A DNA stretch of 64,000 bases, taken from positions 31,468,912 to 31,532,911 of the forward strand of contig NC_092675.1 of NCBI RefSeq assembly GCF_964355755.1. The letters are read 5' to 3'. This document shows positions 20,701 through 32,900 of the stretch, piece after piece. Position 1 is the first letter of the stretch; the number at the start of each line of letters is the position of its first letter. The position numbers were made by a program, and so were the translations under genes. The notes beneath the pieces were generated by a model. The model was not told the DNA's origin. It saw only the letters and a program-made list of their open reading frames with translations, and searched no databases. The stretch is from Antedon mediterranea (taxonomy: Eukaryota > Animalia > Echinodermata).

Positions 20701-23700
20701 TACGATCTGCATCCATAGTGACAATGGAATTCATACGGTCAAATAGTGTTCTGATTATTCCCAGTTTTTGATGTACAGGATGGTGAGAATCAAAATGTAG
20801 GTACTGGTCCGTATGTGTCGGTTTTCTATATACTAAAAGTTTGACAGATCCATCTGGTTTTGTAATGATGAGAGAATCGAGGAAAGGGATCTTGTTTTCA
20901 TATTCTTTCTCGTAGGTGAACTTTATGGTGCCAGCTGGGTCAGATGAATTGAGATGTTTTGAGATTTTCAACTTGGTCTTGTTTAACAATTTCAAGAACG
21001 TCATCCACGTAGCGTTTCCATAACCGAGGTTTACATTCTAAGGGTGCTGACGCTATAGCTTTCTGTTCTAGAAATTCTAAATACAGGTTCGCTACAATGG
21101 GAGAGACTGGGCTCCCCATGGCTGCCCCAAATCTTTGTTGGTCAATAATCCCTCGGAATGTAAAATAGGTGGTAGTTAGGACGAACTTTAATAACTCCAT
21201 GATGTCATCTATGTCCAATAGTGTTCTGTTTTTAAGGTCATTATCCTCTTGTAGATCGTCATTATTTCTGAAGAAGCTGTCTGATCAGGACAGCGAAACT
21301 GTCAAGGTTAGTTTTTACTTATTATTGGTTTGGAAAAAAGAATATTTTCAATATACTTATACCTACAAACCAGATGAACATTTTCAATAAAGTTAAACCT
21401 TCATACAGTCAGTTGGTCACGTACTGTAACTAATGTTAAACCTTCATACATTCAGTTGGTCACTTAACTAATGTTAAACCTTTATACAGTCAGTTGGTCA
21501 CTTAACTAATGTTAAACCTTTATACAGTCAGTTGGTCACTTAACTAATGTTAAACCTTTATACAGTCAGTTGGTCACTTAACTAATGTTAAACCTTTATA
21601 CAGTCAGTTGGTCACTTAACTAATGTTAAACAATCATACATTAATTTGGTCATTCTTAAAGAATTAATAACTCTAAAATGTAGTTGAAAAGAAACTTACT
21701 AATTTGGGCAAAGGAGCAATATCGCCATAATTGATAAACAATGCTTCTGTGACTATAAAACGTCTTGTAACTTTAGCTTTCTTTGGGTTCTGAATAAAAA
21801 AACATAAAAATAATTAATTCAACAAAATTAAATAAACTATATATTGTTACAATATGCAAAATGTTATTGTTGATTTTCGTTTAAAAAAAATGACCTTCTT
21901 GTCTTCTTCGGCTTGTTCCTGAAGAAGACGTTCAAGATCTTCCATGTCATTATGTTTATAAAATCTTAATGCACTCCTAGATGCCAACAATCCCATCTGT
22001 ATTGAGAAGTTCACACCTTTATCACTACAAAAACAATAGCAATATCAAATTAACACATTATGTTACAACTGAATGATGATTACAGTATATGGCTTTCAAC
22101 ATAAATTCTATTAATATAATAAATATTATACAAACATATCTATATATAACTTCTCTATTGTATAACATATAAAATGTAGAATTATTTACAACATTAATTA
22201 ATGAATTATTACAACATTGTTCATACAAACTATTATAATACATACCAAAAAATAACATCACCACGTTTTGAGTATGATGGTATAGCACTAGCGATTGTTG
22301 AAAAGCCATACGAGTACAGAACTGCTGCTTGTACACCAAGAAAACTGGCTAATTCTTTCTCCAAGTTTAAGTGAACATCTAAAATGGCATAAACAAGAAA
22401 GTTTCACAAACAAAATGATATCTATTAAATATTATGGATTAATAAGGAAGTATCAGTTGGTAAACACAGACTGAGTGCGCAGCAAAAATACTATCTGAAT
22501 TATTGAAACACGTCTTTCTTAAAAAGAATCATTATCTACAAATATTAGCATACAACATAATGTTAACTCACCCATAGTACCAAAGAATCCACGAGGTCCA
22601 CACGATCCAACACCATACTTACTCAGTGCTGTTATAGCAGTTTTCTAAATTAAAAAAAAGGTTAAAATATATTTAAATCATGCAGCTAACCACATGAAGA
22701 CTGTAAAAAATTATATTACTATACCAGATGATGTTTATATAAAATAATTAAGTATAAGACTTATTGTGAGACTTACCACTGGTTCATCTCTGCCAACCAT
22801 TCCAAGGAAATTGAATGTTGCCAAGTTAACACCTTCTTTCCCATCTACGGTTACTAAGCTACCAGATTGTCTGCAAGAATAAGGAGCGACATTATTAACC
22901 ATGGAATAATAGGATATCATCTAAAGCTCTGTCTACACTATCAAATTAGTTTGACCCAAAATGTGACATGTGCTCAAATATGTTAGCAGTGATATGACAT
23001 CATCATGTCTATATATGGTCACATAAAGTTTGATAGTGAATGAAAATATATTTTTATTGATATAAACATTAATAGCATATTAAATACAATTATCAATTCA
23101 TAGTGAAAAGTACATACTTTGTTACTGTTTTATATTGGAGAGCAGGGTGATCTTGTGGTGTATCTGGAACTAAAGGCTCTGGCTTCCACTCCAAAACCAA
23201 ATTGTCTTCCTCCTTTAGTAGAAATATTTTATTTGCACAAATTGATAAAAATGACAGTGTTTTTTCTTTTGGTGATATACTTATTTTCTTTTTATAGGCT
23301 AGGGAGTGTAAATATTACTTCAAAAGTCATTATAGGCATAATTTACAAATTCTTAAAATCATTAAATCATAAATAAAGAAAATTCAAGAGCTAATTGTTT
23401 GGTAAAAGCTTTGTACATTTTCTATAACATACCTCTTTGGTAAGACCTTGTACATTTTCTATAACATAGCTTTTTGATAAGAGTAGCCATATAATAAGCA
23501 TGATCAGTATGACTTCAAAGGCAACATGGTAGTTTGGTGCCTGCAATGAAAGATACAGTACAAGACAAATAAAAAATAATGAATGAATCTTTTTGGAATT
23601 ATCATAATCAGCATAATATCCACCATGGCAATAATTACATTTTGTTGTAAATGTTTTTTATCAAACAGTCAATATTAAAGTAACACTAACAGGGAAATAC

Positions 23701-26219
23701 AGTAATACTTGTATCTAAATCAAATCTCTTGGTCTAATTTAAAAAGTTCAATAACTAAAGACACAGTTAGAGGAAAAATCAGCACTGTGTTACATGATTT
23801 GTCAAAACAATATAGATTATCTGATAAAAATCTTAGAAAGTAGAAAACCTTTTGCCATTTTTCTGGTCTATGTTTATTGTAAAATATAATAGGTAGTGGC
23901 ATGCGTGCAACGCTAGCATCCATTGGATAAAACCGTCACGATCACAATGTTAGATATTAAATTAAAGGGTAGTTTTTATTAATCTATTTTACAGATGGAA
24001 ATCCTTGATTGGGCATGCTATCCGCAATTTGAACTATTGCGCAAATTGAAATCAATTTGAATCAAAATTGCATATTTATTCTCAATATCTCAGATTCATT
24101 TCTAGCCAACAATTAAAAATGAAACAATCTACTGCATTATTAATTCTATTCTAACTAAATATTATTCTTCATTCCAAAAAAATGTTGCTGTAGGCCTAGG
24201 CCTATTTTATATTATCTATTATATCAAGGGAGTATCGTCAAAGCGGCCGCCAACCAAAGCGGCCGCCAGTTTAATATCGTCATTTGTATGGAACGCCATG
24301 TGCGCTTTAATCTTTGAGTGTCGTTGTCAACGCTATGGCGAGTTGAGTTACAGCTGTATGTATGGTCAAACCAATAAATATAAGCCAAATCATGTACTAT
24401 CGAATCTTTATATTTCTATAATAATTAAGTTTATTATTCTGTTTTATCATTCTTTCTCCTTTATTGCATCCAGTAAACAGTGATGAAGTTGACATAAATA
24501 TTTAAAAAACTTTATCAAAGAAAAAAAAAAACATAGTATAACACAACCAAACAAGTTACTATAATATATCATAGTCCACAAATCAGTCTTTCAATGGCCA
24601 TCATAGTACATCCAGTAACACAAACCAAAAGTTTGCCTGCCGATAAATCAATGTATATTTTATTTGTATTTTAATATTAACTAACTAAATATATTTACAT
24701 ATACTACTATCGAATCATTAATAATTTAAGTTTGCATCATAATCAATGTACTATTGTACCTTTATATCTCATTTACGTACTATTTATTTGGTTATATCTC
24801 TTTTTTTTTTTAAATTCATTGGCAGTGAAGGGAAAAAATAACGTTGAATTGACCAGACGTTTCTCTCCTATCGAATCTTTATACAGTATTGCATTAATAA
24901 TTTACGTATGGTATTGCCGAATCTTTAAATCTCATTTACATACTATCAAATCTTTATACAGTATTGCATTAATAATTTACGTACGGTATTGCCGAATTCT
25001 TATATCTCATTTACATACTATCGAGTCTTTATACAGTATTGCAATAATTTACGTACGGTATTGCCGAATCTTTATATCTCATTTACATATACTATCGAAT
25101 CTTTTTACAGTATCGCAATAATAATTTACGTACGGTATTGCTGAATCTTTATATCTCATTTACACTGTACTATCGAATCTTGTTTTTTTTTATTGATTAG
25201 TAATAGGGTGTGTTATACATTAAGTGTTATTGCATTGTAATACATTGTTTGTGTTTTCAATAAAGCAACAAAAACGCGACCTTCTACAGCACTATTCCTG
25301 GCTGTCGAGTTAATAGCAGAAATTCGCGTAATTAATTACCGTACCATACAGACACTTGCATCTTATTTTAGTATTTAAAACTAATTTTAAATTGATCAAT
25401 ATTTATATATCTGAAGGTGTAAAATAATTAAAGATATAAATACTGTATATATATTTTGATATACTTTATTGAAAAATATATATATTATTCTTAATAATTG
25501 GCTTATATGTTATAATTAATATACAATTACAATACAAACACCACAATGTGTTTTATTGACTTTATTAAACATATATATCATTTCGAACAGTTATAGTCTA
25601 GTAAGTAATCATCGATTCGCCATTTCGTTTAAAAGAACGTATCACATTCAATCTGTAAAAAAGAGAATAAATTACATAAATGTAGATTGTTATTTACGTC
25701 CGAGGTAAAGAAAACCTGTCGAAACAATGACAATCAAAGATTACAAAACGACGACAATCAAAGCGCACACGGCGTTCCATACAAATTACCGTTATTGAAC
25801 TAGCGGCCGCTTTGGTTGGCGGCCGCTTCGACCGTAATCCCTTACAAGTTGGCCTATAGGCTAGGCTAGCCTAGTTCTGTAAAAATGAGAAAAAAAACAA
25901 TCGGGAAAAGAAATGATCGTAATACTGTAGTACTAGGCCTAGTAAACAAACACTGATCGTTATATTAGCGAACGGCGCTTCATACTAGGCTATTAACTAA
26001 TTTACATACAAATTCAAGCACTGCAGCGACCTAAATGCATAACACCGCGACCGAAATGATTGGTTACCACGAAAAACAGCCAGTCATCTTAGGATTCATC
26101 CTATCCTCTCTCTAGAGTCTAGCCTAGCTTATTTTACGTACATCAAAAAATGCTTGAAAAAGCTCACGAAAATCCCATGGCTCGGGACCAAAGTATGGCC
26201 ACCACGCTGTAGTAGACAT
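17727..26219 (-). CDS. SPTLC1: Serine palmitoyltransferase long chain base subunit 1
   Basis: Exon 26142-26219 (MSTTAWW...RELFQAFFD), 23433-23540 ([25 protein letters not shown]), then [70 protein letters not shown] and last exon 17727-17824 (IRVAIN...LAQ*). Confidence 0.96.
17940..18182. repeat. 61-bp tandem repeat x4 containing an SPTLC1 splice acceptor plus 44 nt of exon
   Basis: TTAAGATATCGTGCTACTGTTAAGACAGCTCCATGATCAAGTGCCTACAATAAGAAGTATA, repeated exactly. Confidence 0.97.
19949..19992 (-). ncRNA. Minimal hammerhead-ribozyme-like motif of the Penelope element
   Basis: Minus strand reads CTGAAGA-A-GCTGTC-CGATCAG-GACAGC-GAAAC-T-GTC: CUGANGA and GAAA cores, a perfect 6-bp stem II and a GUC triplet. 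Stems I and III are minimal. Confidence 0.7.
21264..21307 (+). ncRNA. Second (inverted) copy of the hammerhead-like motif
   Basis: Plus strand reads CTGAAGAAGCTGTCTGATCAGGACAGCGAAACTGTC. Confidence 0.7.
24229..25840. mobile_element. Non-autonomous DNA transposon with double-NotI TIRs and internal 70-bp tandem repeats (copy 1)
   Basis: TIR GGAGTATCGTCAAAGCGGCCGCCAACCAAAGCGGCCGC versus ...GCGGCCGCTTTGGTTGGCGGCCGCTTCGACCGTAATCC. Same family as 31637-33951. TSD is degenerate. Confidence 0.88.
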
Positions 26220-26350
26220 TTTTAATATTACTGCTTCTTATAATTGTGGAAACAAGAACGTTGACAAATCTTTATGTATATTTTTGGCCAAATAAAAAAC
26301 GCAACTACATAGCCTAGCCAAGCCTAGCAATGCTCAATAAAACAATGTGT

Positions 26351-26370
26351 AATGGCGCCCTCTGTTGACT
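26351..26370. promoter_or_regulatory. CTCF-like motif upstream of SPTLC1
   Basis: TGGCGCCCTCTGTTGAC resembles the CTCF core GCGCCCYCTNGTGG. Motif match only. Confidence 0.4.
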
Positions 26371-26958
26371 CAAAGAAATTACCTGTATAACACTAGACGT
26401 ACTTTCTACTGTACTACACCACATGTAGCACCACCCAGTACATTATTGAATATATCTAGAAGTATGAACGCAAGTCATTGTCACGAGATGACCCTAATAA
26501 ACAAAACCTATATAAATAATGTAATAAATGTATAATGGAGACACACAGCCTATCATTTATTCTTTTTTTCATAATCAATCAAATTTATATAAAGAATTTA
26601 TATTTAAGTGGTCATCAATGCTGTTCCACAAATGTTGGCCGGAGACAGATAAGAAGTGGTCAGAAGTTTTAAGTCCGAACAAAGGGGATCACGTTCTGTT
26701 TATTTTGTCTTTTTATAAGTGAAATCATTATATTTGTACATTTTTTTTCTATTAAAACAAATTAATTAAATTATTGGTTAAATGTAACATACTTTTCATT
26801 TAATGTAAATAGTAAAATTAATATGACACAAAAGTTACAGTTTTTTTTTCCTTTATTAACAAAATTTGCATACTGCACACAATATAAAAATAAATGATAA
26901 TATATTATTTGAGTTTAATAGCACCGTGATTAAAAATGTTTGTTCTTTCGAAATATCA

Positions 26959-29900
26959 TTAAAGATCCTCATGAGAAACACGCCTTGTTGATATAGAAAC
27001 AAGGTCATTCCATAGGTCATGTACGTCTGTTTGTGGACCCCATACATTCACAACTTGTCCATCTCTATTGACGAGGTACTTCCAAAAGTTCCAATTAGGT
27101 GAAACTCCACTCATTTCTGTAAATTTAAAATGATATTTGTAGAATGTAAACTGGTACAGTAGTGACGAGTATATTTTTTTTATCAAGATAAAAAGTTTTA
27201 AAAAAGTAGTAACTTTTCATTTAATCTTTTACTATTTTTGATACTCAATGTTATTAATAACGAAGTCTCTGCTGAGTTTGTAACAGTGTATATGTTGCAT
27301 GCAGGGCCCCAATGAAAACCAGTTTAAACTGTTTAGGCCCCGGTTTAGGCTACCCTGGGTAAAAAAATGTAAGAATAATAATACCAAGAAATGTGCATTA
27401 AATTTGCGAAATAAAAAGTTTATACCGTACAACCAACTTACCAGCCAAGTACTTATATACAGGGTGTGCATTGTCTCCAATAACATCAATTTTTGAGAAT
27501 AGTGGAAAATTACAGTTGTAAGTTTGTTTGGCAAATTGACTGATTTGAGCATTACTTCCAGGTTCTTGGAATCCAAATTGATTACATGGAAAAGCTAGGA
27601 TATTAAGGTGATCTTTTATTTCTCTAGCTTTACTCAACTGAGAAAGAGCTTCATAATGGTTATGTGTATAGCCACATTCACTTGCAACATTTACTACCAA
27701 AGATGGCTGAAAAGATATACAGAAATAATATATTTATTTCACACAATATACATACACAATAATTAATAATATAAATATCAAGAAAATATTTGAAGTAGAT
27801 CCTAGTCTAGAATTGGTTCGCAAAAGTTGCTAACAGTGTGCGAGAAACATGTCATCATCAATTGAAAGGATTTATTTGTTAATTTTTATATGATTCTCCT
27901 TCATAAAAGTACCTAGCCTAAAATTTTAAGGTGTGGTATTCACGATAAAGTTAGTTAACAAATTAAAAATAAAATACTGTAGTTAAATTACGAGACAAAA
28001 CAAGTGCGAAACAGAACTAGGCTAATACTTAGCACTCATTCCTACTACAAAATACAAGGCAGGTACGTACAAAACTACACAGTTCAGTTTCAGTTTTATT
28101 TCACACAACATTATACACTTTTATCTATACAGTATATACTTATTATTAATGAATACATGTAATAATAATAATAATAATAATAATACATTTGATTTTGTGT
28201 GGTGATTACAATTAAAAAAAGCCATAACAAAGTCTGAACCTCAAGATTAAACAAACAAAACAATAAATATTTAATGTGCACTTTAGTCTTTACGACTAGC
28301 ATCCGATAGAGGGCCCACTAGCTAAGCCTCAGCCAGAGCCATATTATATAGAGAGAGTTTCGACATTGAATGGATTAGAAGCCGTGTTTGTGTCAAACTA
28401 TTCCTATGTAGTGTATGGAGTTGAGTCTTTTGTTTTGAAAATGTATAACGTTCAAAAGGCTTTAATTATCGAATTTAATATCAAAACAATCAATTTGATT
28501 TAAAGGTTTTTGTTAAAATAATAAAAAAATTATAAAGTTACTGCGAACATGACAAAAATAGCAATTTTGGAACGGCTCTGGTTGTTCGCTCCATGCACGC
28601 TCTACGCGTGCGCGTTTAGTTTGTACAGCGATTCTCTATAGTTATGCATTGTTTTTACATTTTGTTTAAAATCATGTTCGCAGTAGCTTTATGATTTCGT
28701 TATTATCTTAACAGAAACCTTTAAACAAATTGATTGTTTTGATATTAAATTCGATATTTAAAGCCTTGTGAATGTTATACATTTTTTAAGGCTTTAAAGG
28801 GGGGTTCCGGGTTTAAAATGAATAGTAAAAAATGTAAAATATATTTGTTTGTCTCTTGAACGGTAAAAGTTTCAATTTATATAAGCGCCCAGTGAAGCAG
28901 AACGAAGGCTGTGAAATGAGGCCAGATTACAAGTGCAGCTACGGCAAAATCACACTGTGGTTACAGAATAGGAAATTCGTGAAATGGTCAATCTTCCGAC
29001 GACTCGTTATCATTACCCATATCAATTACTTTTGTAAAATTATACTTATCTGATGTAATTTTAGTCGGTCTTCCCATTTATAAAGTCAATTTTCTATGAA
29101 AATCTATCAAAACAGTGAAAAATTAGATAAGTTTGCACTTTACGTTTGCCGATTTTCGCACTGACTTAGGGAAAGCCTTCAAAATCAATGAAGCGTAACG
29201 TATACATTCCTGCTGAGTGAGGAGAGCGAGACGACGATACACATGCTCTCTCTGCCCATGCCTGGCATTGTCACGTGATAAGCAGATACAGTATACAATA
29301 CAAAACTGGTCGGGTCGAGTATACCCCGTCTATAATCACAACATGAACGATGTACAGTATTTGATTGAAGGTCGACTCGACCTACCGGAATGGTATAGAT
29401 AAAATAGCTCGAATGAGAGAGTTGGAATATTTGTAAACATAAGTACAGTATTGCTAATTTTAACAAGTGTAGCCTATAGTAAAAGGCCTGGTAGTATCAA
29501 TTCGCATAGGGTCTACTACACTAGCTAGCTCAATTTTTAACTGGGCCGGATCGGCTAGGTCTCCTTCCTACTACCGGTCTACTTGCTTGATGCAGTATCC
29601 GCTTTTTTGGAGAGTAAACTAGGCCTATTTTAGGCCTACTTATTAGACGATCGGGACACCATACGTGCGGACGGCGATCGGACCTTGTTTTGCCTCAATA
29701 TTTACAGCCGATTTTTGTAGAACGTTTTAGGTTTAGATTGTTTAGGAGTTTGGTTGATAGGATGGGTTTGGAATCCACTGCGTTTTGTTATTTATGGGCC
29801 AATCGTTTAGTAATAGGCTAGCTAGGCCCATGAATGATGGCACCAATGTTTTAACGTAGCCATCGTGGCATGGAATCCCTAGTCAGAAATGGCCAAACCC

Positions 29901-32900
29901 ATGAATAAAATGATTTAGGCTAGGCCTTCATTCATTCATTCATTCTTTATTTAGCCTTTAAAATCGAAATACAGGTAACAAAAACAAGACAGGTGAAAAT
30001 CTAAGGAGGCAAGGATAAGCAAAAGCAATTAAAATCGCTGTAGCTCGCAGGCTTGCTTATCCAGGCCTAGCCTAGTACGTGAAGCCGATATACGATCTGT
30101 ACTATTCGAGGTATAAAAATAGTATAATTTATGACTCCGTACTAAATCTGTACTAAATTTTGTATTTCATTAAATGTCAAATAAATATATGCTACTACTG
30201 TTATTATTACACTTTAGGCCTAGCTTAGAAAATCTAAAAAAAAATGTATTTCACAATGATCGGGTGGTTGTCGTTTGACAGGGGAGAGAGAACACAACGT
30301 ACAAGCTTGACGTCGCGAGTTTGGAATCCTGATGACGTGATTTTGTGAATATCTCATGAATATTAATGAGCTTCCCTAAGCTGCTGAAAAACAGACTTTC
30401 CATGAATTTACCCTAAAATGTATATGAAATTTAATTTTTTTAATTTCTCGTTATTACTTCTTCATTCTGACATGTCTATATTGTTATAATATTTTTTATT
30501 TAATAAATAAACGATATTTAAAAGCAATTTTAAACCCAGAATCCCCCTTTAAATATAAAATTTAATATCAAAACAATCAATTTAAATGTTTAAAGGTTTT
30601 TGTTAAAGATGTATTGACTAATTCCAAAAAAAATAAAAAATAACAGATTTCGAAAAAAGGTGGGTCATTTTAAAGTATCATAATAGTTATTAACTATCAC
30701 CAAAAATTTGTCGGAAAAAAAATCATTTAACTGAAATACAGACGTTTTTTGGTTAAAAAAATTACTTTGACTTCCAGTCAAAGTTTTCGATCAAAACATA
30801 TCCCATAATGAAACACGCTTGTTTGGCTAGTCTGTATGTATGCATAATTATAAAACTTCCTCACAATCTGTGTGAAAGTACCTTCTCAACCGTAACGAGT
30901 TGTAAACAATCATAATTAGCATCATACATAATGCGTACTCATGGTTTAAATCTTTGTTTACTTTCGCTCGCGACGATTTTCCAGACGAAATGTAATCAAA
31001 CTATTTTACCTGTTAATTACGTAAATTTGTTGCTTTTGGCTCGAATTTTCGACTTAAAGTGAATAACTTTAATATTACTTTGATATGGCCAATTCAAATT
31101 TAGAATATTTTGACCTTCATCTTTTTGTGTTTCAAGGGACAATACATCTTTAAGATAATAACGAAATCATAAAGTTACTGCAAACATGATTTTAAACAAC
31201 AAAATGTCAAAATGTAAAACGCCGTGGCTAAAGATACGGTACTGTATCCTAACTTCCTACAGTCCTTATACAATGACGTCACACACGTACCAGCACCCCA
31301 TTGGCTGATTATGACGTAATGCAATTTTACCGTACCGTTAGTAAACAGAAGTCTTTAGCCACGCCGAATGCAAAAAAAATGCATTATTTATACTAGTGTA
31401 CTGTACGAACTAAACGCACAAGCGTAGAGCGTGCATGGAGCACAGCCAGAGCCGTTCCGAAATTGCTATTTTTGTTGTTTAAAATCATGTTCACAGTAAC
31501 TTTATAATTTTTTTATTATTTTAACAAAAACCCTTACTTAAAAAAATTGATTGTTTTTTTTTATATTAAAATGTATACATTTTCAAAACAAGACTCAACT
31601 CCATACAACTCTACACATAATAGGCCTACTAGGAATGGAGTATGGTCGAAGCGGCCGCCAACCAAAGCGGCCGCCAGTTTAATATCGTCATTTGTATGGA
31701 ACGCCATGTGCGCTTTAATCTTTGATTGTCGTTGTCAACGCCATGGCCTATGGCGAGTTGAGTTACAGCTAAATAAATATAAGCCAACTCATGTACTATC
31801 AAATCTTTATATTTCTATAATAATTAAGTTTGCCTGCCGATAAATCAATGTATATTTTATTTGTATTACTATTAACTAATACATATATCGAAATATATTT
31901 TGCCGAACCTTTATATCTCGTTTACATACTATTGAATCCTTATACAGTATTGCAATAATAATTTACGTATACGGTATTGCCGAATCTTTATATCTCGTTT
32001 ATATGCAATTGAATCCTTATACAGTATTGCAATAATAATAATTTACGGGATCATCCAATTTACGTACGGTATTGCCGAATCTTTATATCTCATTTACATA
32101 CTATCGAATTTTATACAGTATTGCAATAATAATTTACGTACGGTATTGCTGAATATTTATATCTCATTTACATTTAACTATCGAATTTTATACAGTATTG
32201 CAATAATAATTTACGAACGGTATTGCCGAATGTTTATATCTCATTTACATTTAACTATCAAATTTTATACAGTATTGCAATAATAATTTACGTACGGTAT
32301 TGCCGAATATTTATATCTCATTTACATACTATCGAATTTTATACAGTATTGCATTATAATTTACGTACGGTATTGCCGAATCTTTATATCTCGTTTACAT
32401 ACTATCGAATCTTTATACAGTATTGCATTAATAATTTACGTACGGTATTGCCGAATATTTATATCTTGTTTACATACTATCGAATCTTTATACAGTATTG
32501 CATTAATAATTTACGTACGGTATTGCCGAATATTTATATCTTGTTTACATACTATCGAATCTTTATACAGTATTGCAATAATAATTTACGTACGGTATTG
32601 TCGAATATTTATATCTCGTTTATATACTATCGAATCTTTATACAGTATTGCATTAATAATTTACGTATACGGTATTGCCAAATCTTTATATCTCGTTTAC
32701 ATACTATTGAATCTTTATACAGTATATTGCAATAATAATTTACGTACGGTATTGCCGAATCTTTATATCTCATTTTTACATACTATCGAATCTTTATACA
32801 GTATTGCATTAATAATTTACGTACGGTATTGCCGAATCTTTATATCTCGTTTACATACTATTGAATCTTTATACAGTATTGCATTAATAATTTACGTACG

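Larger units (their letters stand above)
19901..21355 (-). mobile_element. Penelope-like retroelement, 5'-truncated and frameshifted (RT + GIY-YIG endonuclease), with inverted terminal duplication
   Basis: RT motifs [24 protein letters not shown] and [18 protein letters not shown]; [25 protein letters not shown]. About 103 bp at 19901-20003 is repeated in inverted orientation at 21252-21355. Confidence 0.93.
19721..21650. repeat. 37-bp minisatellite (about 5 + 7 copies) interrupted by the Penelope insertion
   Basis: Unit AAACCTT(C/T)ATACAGTCAGTTGGTCACTTAACTAATGTT at 19721-19900 and 21392-21650. Confidence 0.95.
28334..31625. mobile_element. Long-inverted-repeat (foldback-like) element hosting nested insertions in GPX7 intron 1
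   Basis: 28404-28628 is the reverse complement of about 31401-31623. The left end CAGAGCCATAT...CGACATTG resembles the TIR of the 9030-9875 family. Confidence 0.7.

Noticed and set aside
27640-27706. Selenocysteine GPX / SECIS element
   Set aside because: The active-site codon is TGT (Cys) and there is no in-frame TGA to recode.
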